From positions 33,515 to 97,514 of the IMG/VR virus record IMGVR_UViG_3300045921_000146: a DNA stretch of 64,000 nt; one strand, written 5' to 3'. The translations under genes and the position numbers were made by a program. How positions within the stretch are numbered: the first letter of the stretch is position 1; each line of letters starts with the position of its first letter. This document shows positions 19,160-27,342 of the stretch, piece after piece. Under the pieces are notes generated by a model that had not been told where the DNA came from, made no database searches, and saw nothing but the letters and a program-made list of their open reading frames with translations. The DNA is from a virus.

Positions 19160-19423
19160 TTAAAACTCCCAACGCCAATTTAGCCTTTTATTGACTATAA
19201 TCTCATGTATTGCAATACCTGTGCCCACATAAGGCTCAATATCTTTAGGTACATAGCGTTTCTGTAGTCGTTGAACTTTTTTATCTATGTTAAAATGTTT
19301 TACAAAAGCCTCCCCAGCCATAGGTAAAGCTTGGTTACTGCAATGCAGTTCTTGCTCCAGCTCAAAGGTGGGCGTTTTGGCGGCCACTGGAACCATTAAA
19401 ATAAGTGTCAAAATATTAATCAT
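19160..19423 (-). CDS. secreted hypothetical protein
   Basis: Signal peptide; ends WRWEF. Confidence 0.55.
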   Translation of the reverse strand: MINILTLILMVPVAAKTPTFELEQELHCSNQALPMAGEAFVKHFNIDKKVQRLQKRYVPKDIEPYVGTGIAIHEIIVNKRLNWRWEF

Positions 19424-19646
19424 TTTGTTCCTGCATTTTAGAGTAAAGAACTTTAGCTACTTGAGGGTCTACTTTCATATAAGCAATATTGACCATACGT
19501 TTAGGAATGGTTAGTAATTGGTCGTCGCTCTCTCTACGAAGAAATACTTTATGTAAGTCAGTCTTTATAACGAAATATAAGTCTTCGGGATTAGTCTTTT
19601 GGCAAATGTAATCATTTTTTTGTAGGTTTACTTTTAATTTACTCAT
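19416..19646 (-). CDS. small beta-rich protein, C-terminal VLYS motif
   Basis: LQKNDYIC...AKVLYSK. Confidence 0.6.
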   Translation of the reverse strand: MSKLKVNLQKNDYICQKTNPEDLYFVIKTDLHKVFLRRESDDQLLTIPKRMVNIAYMKVDPQVAKVLYSKMQEQND

Positions 19647-19658
19647 AACTTACTCCTG

Positions 19659-19946
19659 TTACAAAGGTCTCCAAGTTTGCTCTCTTAAACATTTAGCCCA
19701 AGGATTGTTACATATTAACCACTCATTTTTGTCTTGAAACATTATTTTAAATTTAATTTTTTTATTAATAATAAAACTTTCAACGTATCCTTGGTTAATA
19801 AATATACCCTTCACTTTATAATAACCTTTTTCGGAGTCTATAATTACTTTATTTACATATATTGCTACGTCCATAAATCTGTAGTGTTTAATTACGTCAG
19901 AGGACTTCATCTGGAGCCTCTTTAACACATTGGATGATATCTTCAT
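19659..19946 (-). CDS. hypothetical protein
   Basis: ORF in operon; start uncertain. Confidence 0.5.
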   Translation of the reverse strand: MKISSNVLKRLQMKSSDVIKHYRFMDVAIYVNKVIIDSEKGYYKVKGIFINQGYVESFIINKKIKFKIMFQDKNEWLICNNPWAKCLREQTWRPL

Positions 19947-20079
19947 CCGTAAAATCTGGTCCCTTGTCTACTATACAGTTGTTAAAATGGTCGATACACT
20001 GTAAGTCCCTGACCGTTAATTGGTCAGGGCCTACTGTAATACCACACAAAGAAATAATGGTGCTTACAATGATTTCCAT
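19897..20079 (-). CDS. small Cys-containing hypothetical protein
   Basis: Start overlaps the upstream stop. Confidence 0.5.
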   Translation of the reverse strand: MEIIVSTIISLCGITVGPDQLTVRDLQCIDHFNNCIVDKGPDFTDEDIIQCVKEAPDEVL

Positions 20080-20525
20080 TAGAAGTCCACTCCTACGTCA
20101 AAAGTAATAGTTTCGTTAGTATGAATAGTACCACCAATACTAAACTCTTCATTAAGTTTTCTGCTATAAGAAATACCCAGCAAAGCGTCACGACTCTGAG
20201 AGATTGTGTACGCACCGCTTAAATAACTATCTCGCATTTTATAGTACCCAGTACCAGCGTGCATAGTCACTCGGTTTTTCTTTTCTTCTTTTTTGACGAT
20301 TAACACAATTGGATTAGACTCTTCAGCGACCATACTTGGTTTAGAAGCTTCGGAGCCACGTTTTACTACTGCGTATTCGTCCGCAGAAAAGGTATAGCTT
20401 TTACCATCTTTAAGGGTCACGGTAATAGTACCGCCCTTAAGGTATTCTGGAGCTGGACCTACTGCTAGTGCTGGTACGGCAAACATCATTAAAATTACAG
20501 TTAAAGATTTCATAAGTATCTCCAT
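20079..20525 (-). CDS. secreted protein with outer-membrane-like C-terminal beta strands
   Basis: Signal peptide ..AVPALA; amphipathic strands ending FDVGVDF. Confidence 0.55.
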   Translation of the reverse strand: MEILMKSLTVILMMFAVPALAVGPAPEYLKGGTITVTLKDGKSYTFSADEYAVVKRGSEASKPSMVAEESNPIVLIVKKEEKKNRVTMHAGTGYYKMRDSYLSGAYTISQSRDALLGISYSRKLNEEFSIGGTIHTNETITFDVGVDF

Positions 20526-21799
20526 TAGTTATTACAAGCTTTAGTTTGTTGTGTTCCTACAGACTGTGGAGTTGCGATAACAGTGTTACGAGAGTCGAAT
20601 GTTACCAAAGTTTCTCGTCCAGCCTCTACCAACATAGTAATTTCATTAGAATTAGTCTGTTTAACTTTAACATTTTGCGTAACGCTAGTTCTAATTCGTA
20701 CTTTAGAAGCATTGAGTAACACAGACTCGTCAGCAATACAGGTAAGTTGAATACCATTGCTAGGCTCTGAGCCAGTTAGGGGGCGGCTATAAGCCCTAAC
20801 TCCAGATTTGTTAGTTGGAATGCCTCTTTCTACTACGTTACCGCTGATAACATCAAAATGGCAGCTTTGACTATCAGTAGTAGCATATTTACCGTCAAGC
20901 AATTCTACTAGACCCAAGTTAAGATACCAAGCTAACAAAGAGCCTTCGCTAGTTTGTAACAAAACTTCATCGGGATTGTTAGGAGATTGGTTACTCATAG
21001 GGCCACAAGGGTCGATAACCTTAGTAATAGTTTGACCAAGGTTGCTCAAGTCGTCTTTCAAGTCTTGAATATCTAAGTAGTTCTGATTTACAAGGCTAGT
21101 AAGCGAAGTAAGTTCCTCGCCCAAAGAACTTAAATCGTTGAAAATTTGAGTAATATCACCTTCTACATCACTCATTCGACTTTTTAAATTATTAATTTGA
21201 GTTTGAAAAGACAAATTAATAAAGAATTGCGCCAAACCCAGCGCATTTAGTTGCAATTGCAAGTTAGAGATAAGGTTAGAATTAAAATTTACTGCCGCTT
21301 CAACTAAAAACATCCTATCCTCTAAAGAACTAACTTCATGTTGTAGATCGGCAACTTGAGTTTGCAAGTCTTGGATATCGTTTTCAAGATTGTCTACTCG
21401 AACCTTTAAAGTAGAAATTCTACTAAGAGCCAAATTAGCTTTAGTATTAATACTTGCAATTTGAAACTGAACAAATGCGTTAATTGCTGATTGCAAAACA
21501 ATAGAACTAGCAAGACTGTCAGCTAGTGCCTCATCTCCAGCAATTCTGGCAGCCTGTTCTTCCTCAATAAGCTGCTTTAATTCCAATTCAAGTGCATTTA
21601 GTTGTTGTTGTAGCAGAGTAATACTGGCGGTATTAGCAGCAATAGCAATATCTCGCATAGAGTCTAATTGGTCGTTAAGGTCAGCTCTACGCTCCAGCTC
21701 TACAATTCTAGCAAGGTGGTCAGGCAGCACGATTGTCTTTTTTGAACAACCGATAGCTACTAGAGCTACTAGGGTTAAGAGTGTAAAAAGTTTTTGCAT
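20525..21799 (-). CDS. coiled-coil lipoprotein
   Basis: Lipobox VAIG-C; about 230-aa heptad coiled coil; C-terminal IDPCG...DEVLL...YATTD..C domain. Confidence 0.7.
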   Translation of the reverse strand: MQKLFTLLTLVALVAIGCSKKTIVLPDHLARIVELERRADLNDQLDSMRDIAIAANTASITLLQQQLNALELELKQLIEEEQAARIAGDEALADSLASSIVLQSAINAFVQFQIASINTKANLALSRISTLKVRVDNLENDIQDLQTQVADLQHEVSSLEDRMFLVEAAVNFNSNLISNLQLQLNALGLAQFFINLSFQTQINNLKSRMSDVEGDITQIFNDLSSLGEELTSLTSLVNQNYLDIQDLKDDLSNLGQTITKVIDPCGPMSNQSPNNPDEVLLQTSEGSLLAWYLNLGLVELLDGKYATTDSQSCHFDVISGNVVERGIPTNKSGVRAYSRPLTGSEPSNGIQLTCIADESVLLNASKVRIRTSVTQNVKVKQTNSNEITMLVEAGRETLVTFDSRNTVIATPQSVGTQQTKACNN

Positions 21800-21852
21800 A
21801 TTTCTTCTCCTCGGCGGTTTGGTTTATTCTCCGCTCGTTCAACTCTAATAGT

Positions 21853-21868
21853 AGCAATTACCGTACCA
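21853..21868 (-). promoter_or_regulatory. sigma54-type -24/-12 promoter
   Basis: TGGTAC-GGTAA-TTGCT. Confidence 0.65.
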
Positions 21869-21936
21869 CCCCTAAATGCAAATGGCGGCCAGCTAACCCC
21901 TTTAAACCGCCTACTAATTATAATAATGTATAAAAA

Positions 21937-22500
21937 TTAGTCGTCCCCGAACAGTATCTTCTGTACGTCACTGACAATTTGGCTCTTGGGTATCCAAATA
22001 GGGCCAATAATACCAGCAATTTTGGCCTCTTCTTCAATCTTAGCTATAATTTCTTGAGCCTTGTCTATAGTAGGCCGTTCAATCTTAAAGTATTTCTTAG
22101 CGCAAACAGGGCCAATACCTGTAGCTTTACTAATCTGGTTGTCTAATCCTCTACCGCAACAATGGCAAACAGAAGCTATCTTAGAGCTAAAAGAAACCTT
22201 AACTTGGATAGCTCTGTTACTTTCTGAAACGACCTCTTCAATAACTAAGTTACGAAAAAAGAAAGGTAGCTTTTGAGTTTTAGCAAGACTTTGAGCTAAC
22301 CACTTCCTAATAGTAATAGTTTGCCGTACTTTATAAGTAAACTCTTTGGTAGCCTCTTGCTTGGTAAAGAAATTAACAGCGCATTCTAATTGTTTAGGGG
22401 ATAGTTGGCCGTACTTCTTAGCTTGGTACTTTAAACTCAGGATAAAAGAATTAGAACCTGAGTAATTGCTAAGTTTTTCGAGAGTTTGTTGGTTGTCCAT
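21937..22500 (-). CDS. DUF6011-like Zn-binding protein, C-terminal ILFG motif
   Basis: CHCCGRGLDNQISKATGIGPVC. Confidence 0.65.
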   Translation of the reverse strand: MDNQQTLEKLSNYSGSNSFILSLKYQAKKYGQLSPKQLECAVNFFTKQEATKEFTYKVRQTITIRKWLAQSLAKTQKLPFFFRNLVIEEVVSESNRAIQVKVSFSSKIASVCHCCGRGLDNQISKATGIGPVCAKKYFKIERPTIDKAQEIIAKIEEEAKIAGIIGPIWIPKSQIVSDVQKILFGDD

Positions 22501-22525
22501 TTGGCCTCCGTTTACTATTTAAACT

Positions 22526-22541
22526 AGCAAACGCAGTGCCA
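22526..22541 (-). promoter_or_regulatory. sigma54-type -24/-12 promoter
   Basis: TGGCAC-TGCGT-TTGCT, exact consensus, directly ahead of RBS and ATG. Confidence 0.75.
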
Positions 22542-22544
22542 GGT

Positions 22545-23012
22545 CTAACGCCAATAGCTTCGATATGACTCCCAATATTTGTCTAAACAGTAGGGCACTG
22601 TCAACATTGAGAACATTAAATTCTGAGGGCAGCCGTCTGGCCGCAAGTCTTCGATATGATAAGGGATTTTAAACTCACAATGGATTAGTTCGTGGTAAAT
22701 TAAAGCCAAACGACTTTGAGTACTCATATAAATCCATTTATTTTCAAGCACTTCCACTTCTGTAAAAGTTTTAGTCGTTACAAAAGGCTGTATTCCTTTC
22801 TTAGCAGTCCAAACTCTACATTGCGCCAGCCTCCTATTCGGTAGGCTTTTAACGAAATTCACTGAGCTACTAACTGTTACGCCGTAATACGCTTCAAAAT
22901 CAGCTACGTAAGGTTTTAAGCTTGGGGCTATACCTACCTGGCCTCTAGGGTCAGGAAACGAACCGCAAGCCGTTAAAAGCGTTAAAAAGGCTAAAAGCGA
23001 CCACTTATTCAT
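22545..23012 (-). CDS. lipoprotein zinc metallopeptidase
   Basis: Lipobox LTAC; YHELIHC (HExxH), downstream H and LM Met-turn-like motif. Confidence 0.7.
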   Translation of the reverse strand: MNKWSLLAFLTLLTACGSFPDPRGQVGIAPSLKPYVADFEAYYGVTVSSSVNFVKSLPNRRLAQCRVWTAKKGIQPFVTTKTFTEVEVLENKWIYMSTQSRLALIYHELIHCEFKIPYHIEDLRPDGCPQNLMFSMLTVPYCLDKYWESYRSYWR

Positions 23013-23259
23013 TTTGGCCTTTCAAAAATAGTATTTTAACCGCTTTAGGTATTTCTGTGGCGGACTCTAAAGGGATAGAGTCATTTTCATAACTTCTCTG
23101 GTAAACTTGATTTTCTGCGCACCAATCTGTTTGACCCCTAAAGTTCTTACATTTAAAATTTTTGGAGCAAAAAACCCTCCTAGCAAGACCATCGTCTAAA
23201 ATTTCATCAATATGATAACCTTCGTCGTAAATCATGATTTTTAACTCATACTTAGACAT
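23005..23259 (-). CDS. hypothetical protein
   Basis: Ends AVKILFLK... Confidence 0.55.
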   Translation of the reverse strand: MSKYELKIMIYDEGYHIDEILDDGLARRVFCSKNFKCKNFRGQTDWCAENQVYQRSYENDSIPLESATEIPKAVKILFLKGQNE

Positions 23260-23396
23260 TATTGCTCCTGGAAAAATTCTTTATATTCAGTTAATTTTTG
23301 TAGAAGTACTAGAATATCTCCTTCTCTTAAAATTGCTACGTTATTAAGGTAAGCTACATAAAAATTATATTCTGCGTCTTTTCTAATCGTAATCAT
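23259..23396 (-). CDS. 45-aa hypothetical protein
   Basis: Not in track; GGAGG RBS; MITIRKDAEYNF... Confidence 0.5.
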   Translation of the reverse strand: MITIRKDAEYNFYVAYLNNVAILREGDILVLLQKLTEYKEFFQEQ

Positions 23397-23422
23397 AACC
23401 CCTCCAGTTTAGTTTTTACTAA

Positions 23423-23438
23423 TACAACTACTGTGCCG
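23423..23438 (-). promoter_or_regulatory. weak sigma54-like promoter
   Basis: CGGCAC-AGTAG-TTGTA. Confidence 0.4.
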
Positions 23439-23505
23439 ACTTGTACTAGCCGTAATTTAATTCTGGCAGTTATAAGTTGTATAAATTTTTGAAAACGTGT
23501 AAAAT

Positions 23506-23652
23506 TTAAACACTCAAAACGTAGTAATAAAGTGGAGAATAAAGCGTTAAACGGACTAAGTTGTTGAATACTTTGTCCCCTCTACGTTCTGAAAGGGCTA
23601 TAAATAGGCCAAAAAAGTGTAGGGCGATTAAAATACCTACGTAAGTTGCCAT
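23506..23652 (-). CDS. 48-aa membrane protein
   Basis: Not in track; GGAGG RBS; MATYVGILIALHFFGLFIAL... Confidence 0.5.
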   Translation of the reverse strand: MATYVGILIALHFFGLFIALSERRGDKVFNNLVRLTLYSPLYYYVLSV

Positions 23653-23793
23653 TAATTAGCCTCCAAGTTAATTTGCGTTAAGGGCCTACCAGCTACTTCG
23701 CTGTAAATAGTTTTAGGCTTAGTAGGTTTAGTCTTTGTTGTTTTGCTCATTTAAAACCTCTAAAGTTTGTAGCGTAGGTTAAGCTTACCTTAC

Positions 23794-23809
23794 TGCAATT
23801 TCTTTGCCG
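23794..23809 (-). promoter_or_regulatory. sigma54-type promoter
   Basis: CGGCAA-AGAAA-TTGCA, with the same upstream TGGCCGCCATTT box as the 21853 promoter. Confidence 0.55.
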
Positions 23810-24060
23810 CCCCCAGCTCTAAATGGCGGCCACCTTAACCTCAGTAAAGCGTATAACTTTTATAAATTGTATATTTTGTAAACACTTAATAGGCTTTTAT
23901 GATGATCTATATAGCATCGTATACCAATTGTCCAGCCTAGTAAAAAAACTTATGCTACCTAAATAAATTATAAACTTTAATATAGGGGTCAAAACGTATT
24001 TAACGAAAGCTAAAGTAATAACAAAATTAGCTAACAGTTGTTGGATTAAATTAAAGTTGC

Positions 24061-24273
24061 TCATTCAATGCCCCTACTTAATTTATTTTTTTTACCAAAT
24101 CTAGAGCTAGAATTAACTCCCGATTTAGAATTAAACATTGTAATACTCCCAAACAAAGACCTAGACGCACAAATAGACCAAGATTTATAGGTAGTTATGG
24201 ACCTTGGTTTAACTCCAGTTTTAGATTTATAATTTGAATACATATATTGTGGTAGTTTATTATAGTAGTTCAT
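24061..24273 (-). CDS. Ser-rich peptide, copy 3 (degenerate)
   Basis: Start revised to ATG 24273: MNYYNKLPQYMYS... Confidence 0.6.
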   Translation of the reverse strand: MNYYNKLPQYMYSNYKSKTGVKPRSITTYKSWSICASRSLFGSITMFNSKSGVNSSSRFGKKNKLSRGIE

Positions 24274-24274
24274 A

Positions 24275-24475
24275 CTACTTACTTTCCTTACCAGACCTAG
24301 ACCTAGAACCAAACCTAGAACCAGACCAATAATTAGACCAAGAACTAGACCAAGAACTAGACCGAGGCCTAGACCAAGAACTAGACCGAGGCCTAGACCC
24401 AGAACTAGACCCAGACTCAGACCTAGACCTAGAACCTTGATATAACCAATTTGGTAGCTTATTGTAGTAGCTCAT
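24275..24475 (-). CDS. (Ser-X)n repeat peptide, copy 2
   Basis: MSYYNKLPNWLYQGS + SRSESGSSSGSRPRSSSW... + SGKESK. Confidence 0.7.
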   Translation of the reverse strand: MSYYNKLPNWLYQGSRSRSESGSSSGSRPRSSSWSRPRSSSWSSSWSNYWSGSRFGSRSRSGKESK

Positions 24476-24476
24476 A

Positions 24477-24668
24477 CTATCTAGTTTCCTTACCAGACCT
24501 AGAAATAGACCAAGAACTAAACCGAGACCTAGACCCAGACTCAGACCAGCAAGACATAGGCCAAGAGCCAGACCCAGACCCAGACCAAAACCCAGACCAA
24601 GACCTAGACCTAAAACCAGACTTAGAACCTTGATATACCCAACTTGGTAGTTTATTATAGTAGTTCAC
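24477..24668 (-). CDS. (Ser-X)n repeat peptide, copy 1
   Basis: GTG start; MNYYNKLPSWVYQGS + SRSWSGFWSGSGSGSW... + SGKETR. Confidence 0.65.
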   Translation of the reverse strand: MNYYNKLPSWVYQGSKSGFRSRSWSGFWSGSGSGSWPMSCWSESGSRSRFSSWSISRSGKETR

Positions 24669-24679
24669 AGTTTAGTAGC

Positions 24680-24712
24680 CTTTTAAATAGGCCCTAGTTT
24701 AGGCTAGGGCCA
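24680..24712 (-). terminator. stem-loop between the DUF6948-like gene and the peptide array
   Basis: GGCCCTAG-6 nt-CTAGGGCC followed by TATTT. Confidence 0.45.
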
Positions 24713-24717
24713 GTTGT

Positions 24718-24996
24718 TTAAATAGTAGGCACCAAGCAAATGTCCATAATAAAGCCCGTGTTCTTAAATTCTTTAATGGTCTCAGGGTAAGCCTCGGCCT
24801 CTTTAACGAACTTTTGGGGGTTGGTGAAAAACTGGTGGAGGTCTCCAGTTTGCCCTACCCACTTTACTCCAGTTAAAACTATGTAGCTTTCTTGTACTTC
24901 TAGTAGCGTGCCTAGGTAGTAGTAAGTTGGAGTTCTAACGAAAACTTTAGCTCCTACCTCGAAAACCTGGGCGGCCATACCTACCTTTAAATTCAT
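24718..24996 (-). CDS. DUF6948-like small beta-barrel protein
   Basis: VGAKVFVRTPTYYYLGTL...IVL....WV..TG.L pattern; AGGAGG RBS. Confidence 0.6.
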   Translation of the reverse strand: MNLKVGMAAQVFEVGAKVFVRTPTYYYLGTLLEVQESYIVLTGVKWVGQTGDLHQFFTNPQKFVKEAEAYPETIKEFKNTGFIMDICLVPTI

Positions 24997-25119
24997 AAAT
25001 CCTCCTATAGTGTATAAGTTAGTTAGTATATAAGTTAGTTATAGTTAATTAAAGTTTTAAAACTCCTACCCCTTTTTATAATATATAAATAAAGGGAGTA
25101 GAAGAGGTTACCCTTTGAC

Positions 25120-25395
25120 TCAAGTACAGTAAAGGTACGACCTCCTTTTATAACCCCCCTTATAGAAAATAGGGGTACTTTTAGTAGTAGCAATAAAGAA
25201 GCCAAACCAATTTGAACCTAGTGCCCTTTCAGCTTCCGTAGTAGTGTAAATAGTGGACAAGTGAGAAGTAGTAGTACAGTTAGTAGGGGAGTTGGTTTTA
25301 GAAGTAGTAGAATTAGAGTAAGTAGTTGAAATTGTTGGAGTATTGATATGGGTATTAGTGGTAATAATAGCTAGTTTTTGAACCACAGGTCGCAT
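25120..25395 (-). CDS. possible Thr/Ser-rich low-complexity protein
   Basis: GGGAGG RBS before ATG 25395 (MRPVVQKL...). Confidence 0.3.
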   Translation of the reverse strand: MRPVVQKLAIITTNTHINTPTISTTYSNSTTSKTNSPTNCTTTSHLSTIYTTTEAERALGSNWFGFFIATTKSTPIFYKGGYKRRSYLYCT

Positions 25396-25432
25396 AACAG
25401 CCTCCCAAACCCCTAAAATCACTAATAAAACT

Positions 25433-25491
25433 ACCATTTTTACCACTTTTACCTCTATTTCCACTATTTCCACCACTTTTACCACTATTTC
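25433..25491. repeat. degenerate ~9-bp tandem repeat
   Basis: accattttt/accactttt/acctctatt/tccactatt... Confidence 0.6.
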
Positions 25492-25620
25492 TAATATTAA
25501 AAACCAAATTTAATTTGAACGTAGTCCCTTTTCGTATATTACTAACACTAATACGCCTCAAATTGATACGGCTCATATTGGTACGGCTCAAAACGATATA
25601 CGGCCTAAAAATTGCATAAT

Positions 25621-25636
25621 AGCAATAATTATACCA
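25621..25636 (-). promoter_or_regulatory. sigma54-type promoter
   Basis: TGGTAT-AATTA-TTGCT. Confidence 0.5.
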
Positions 25637-25683
25637 ACTCATATTGGTACGGCTCAAACTAATACAGCTCATAATGGTACGCT

Positions 25684-25699
25684 TGCAAGCCTTATGCCA
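25684..25699 (-). promoter_or_regulatory. sigma54-type promoter with upstream IHF-consensus site (25735-25747)
   Basis: TGGCAT-AAGGC-TTGCA; TATCAATAATTTA matches WATCAANNNNTTR. Confidence 0.65.
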
Positions 25700-25964
25700 A
25701 TGCCAATTAAGGTTAGCTTATCCGGACAATAACGTAAATTATTGATATTATTAATAATAAAACCAATTCTACCCATTGTACGCCTACCCATACTGTATTA
25801 AAAATAGACGACTCACTATAAAACACTATACAGTGCCAATATAAGGCCGACAATCCGGTTTTAAGCCCCTATTGACTCAATATAGTACGGCTAAGGTTTA
25901 TACGAATTAAAACTGTTATACGGCTCATAGTGGTACGTTATTAAGGAATACAAGGGGTTAGCGG

Positions 25965-25980
25965 CGGCCCGACCATTGCT
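25965..25980 (+). promoter_or_regulatory. sigma54-type promoter
   Basis: CGGCCC-GACCA-TTGCT, 40 nt before ATG 26021. Confidence 0.5.
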
Positions 25981-26020
25981 AGTAGGGTTAACAAGATTAA
26001 CTTAAAGAAGAGGAGACTGT

Positions 26021-26242
26021 ATGAGAACACCAAGCATTGAGATTAAGAAGCTTAACTTGCAAAAGGTTGAGATACAATTGGCCGTCTTAGAGCAAAGAAT
26101 TGATGATGCTAAGGCTAAGGTAGCGGACCTAGAGTCTAAACACGACGAAAGACTGGCCCTACTACAAAGCTTGCAAGCGGAACTGAACGGCTTAGTGGCC
26201 TCTAAGACTGAAGACATCCAATCCCCCTTTGGCAAGCAATAA
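26021..26242 (+). CDS. small coiled-coil protein
   Basis: AAGGAG RBS; heptad repeats. Confidence 0.65.
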   Translation: MRTPSIEIKKLNLQKVEIQLAVLEQRIDDAKAKVADLESKHDERLALLQSLQAELNGLVASKTEDIQSPFGKQ

Positions 26243-26250
26243 GCGTGCCA
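26235..26250 (-). promoter_or_regulatory. sigma54-type promoter, antisense to 26021-26242
   Basis: TGGCAC-GCTTA-TTGCT, exact consensus. Confidence 0.55.
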
Positions 26251-26251
26251 A

Positions 26252-26278
26252 GCAGCCCGAAAGGGCTGTTTTTTATTT
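26252..26278 (+). terminator. intrinsic terminator
   Basis: GCAGCCC-gaaa-GGGCTGT + T tract. Confidence 0.8.
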
Positions 26279-26460
26279 GCCTTGGTCCGGACCGATCTAG
26301 CGTAAAGTGTCACCGTCTCAATTTGAGCCGTAAATACGACTATAACTTATACAACTGCCAAACTACTGTAAACACGACTAATTTTCATATTAATACACTT
26401 ATTGACCAAATTATAGCCTATTCTTATATTGATACCTTAATGATTACAATAACTTACAAT

Positions 26461-26476
26461 TGGCAGCAATATTGCT
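26461..26476 (+). promoter_or_regulatory. sigma54-type promoter
   Basis: TGGCAG-CAATA-TTGCT, preceded by IHF-like TTACAATAACTTA. Confidence 0.65.
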
Positions 26477-26504
26477 ACTAATAATAAGCAAAGGAGACCG
26501 TACT

Positions 26505-26645
26505 ATGTATAAGATCATACTAAGTCAAGATAGAACCAGAGCAGTGATTCACTTTGAGACGCATTCAGTTCAGGTTACAGCTACCAATAGTAGCTTGAAT
26601 GTGCTTTATTTACTTGAAACGTTGGGTTTTATTAAACTGAAATAA
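26505..26645 (+). CDS. 46-aa hypothetical protein (start revised to MYKII)
   Basis: AAGGAG RBS. Confidence 0.55.
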   Translation: MYKIILSQDRTRAVIHFETHSVQVTATNSSLNVLYLLETLGFIKLK

Positions 26646-26658
26646 CCGAGGAGATGAT

Positions 26659-27327
26659 ATGCAATATCTAAGTCAAAATGAAAAAATGAAGCGTAGCTCT
26701 ACTGTTTTTGATCTATACAATTGGGGAATCCCGGCCTTCCTAAGCAAGGACGGACTGAAGACCTGTCCCAATGCGAAACACTGCGTCGCAGGTTGTTATG
26801 CAAAGAGCGGTGCTTATCTGTTCTCCAATGTTGCGGCTAAATACGAACAGCGGCTGGGCTTGGCCTTATCTCCGCATTTTGTGGACACTATCAGTCTTGA
26901 TATCGCTAAGGCTTGCAAGACTGCCTCAAAACGAAGCAAGAGTCCCCTCATAAGAGTACACGATAGCGGCGATTTTTTTAGCCTGGACTATACTCTTTCT
27001 TGGTTTAGGGTTATGAAAGCCTTCCCTCACGTTCCCTTTTATGCTTATACGAAGCAAGTCGAGCTTTTAAAGGACTTAAAGAATGCAAATACCATACCCG
27101 ATAACCTCACTCTTATTTACTCTTATGGCGGTAAACAGGATTATTTAATCGACCCGACTAAGGACCGACACTCTAGGGTTTTTGAGACATTAGAGCAAGC
27201 CTTAAAAGAAGGTTACGCCGATGCGTCTCACGATGATACAGTGGCGCTAGGGGAGAATCACCGTATCGGACTAGTATATCACGGAGTGAAGCGGTACGAC
27301 AATACTGCTTGGGATAAGGTGAAATAA
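26659..27327 (+). CDS. Gp88-like (radical-SAM-like CxxxxxCxxxC) phage protein
   Basis: TCPNAKHCVAGCYA, RVHDSGDFFS, FYAYTK. Confidence 0.75.
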   Translation: MQYLSQNEKMKRSSTVFDLYNWGIPAFLSKDGLKTCPNAKHCVAGCYAKSGAYLFSNVAAKYEQRLGLALSPHFVDTISLDIAKACKTASKRSKSPLIRVHDSGDFFSLDYTLSWFRVMKAFPHVPFYAYTKQVELLKDLKNANTIPDNLTLIYSYGGKQDYLIDPTKDRHSRVFETLEQALKEGYADASHDDTVALGENHRIGLVYHGVKRYDNTAWDKVK

Positions 27328-27342
27328 AAATTAAGGCGGCCC

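Larger units (their letters stand above)
25552..25927. repeat. iteron-like TACGGCTCA direct repeats
   Basis: Copies or variants at 25552, 25567, 25582, 25599, 25648, 25663, 25886, 25919; several at 15-bp spacing. Confidence 0.75.

Noticed and set aside
23912-23927. Additional sigma54 motif TGGTATACGATGC
   Set aside because: GG-to-GC spacing is 8 nt rather than the required 10
24451-24633. Plus-strand Asp/Pro/Gln ORF
   Set aside because: Antisense shadow of the Ser-X repeat; no RBS
24275-24668. CRISPR array or non-coding microsatellite
   Set aside because: Repeats are 6-bp codon-phase units inside coupled ORFs, with no repeat-spacer structure
24061-24996. Complete RiPP biosynthetic cluster
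   Set aside because: No dehydratase, YcaO, transporter or peptidase adjacent; only the precursor-like layout is seen
25355-26481. ORFs 25355-25672, 26002-26313 and 26245-26481
   Set aside because: They run through repeats, promoters and a terminator or are antisense to a real gene; no RBS
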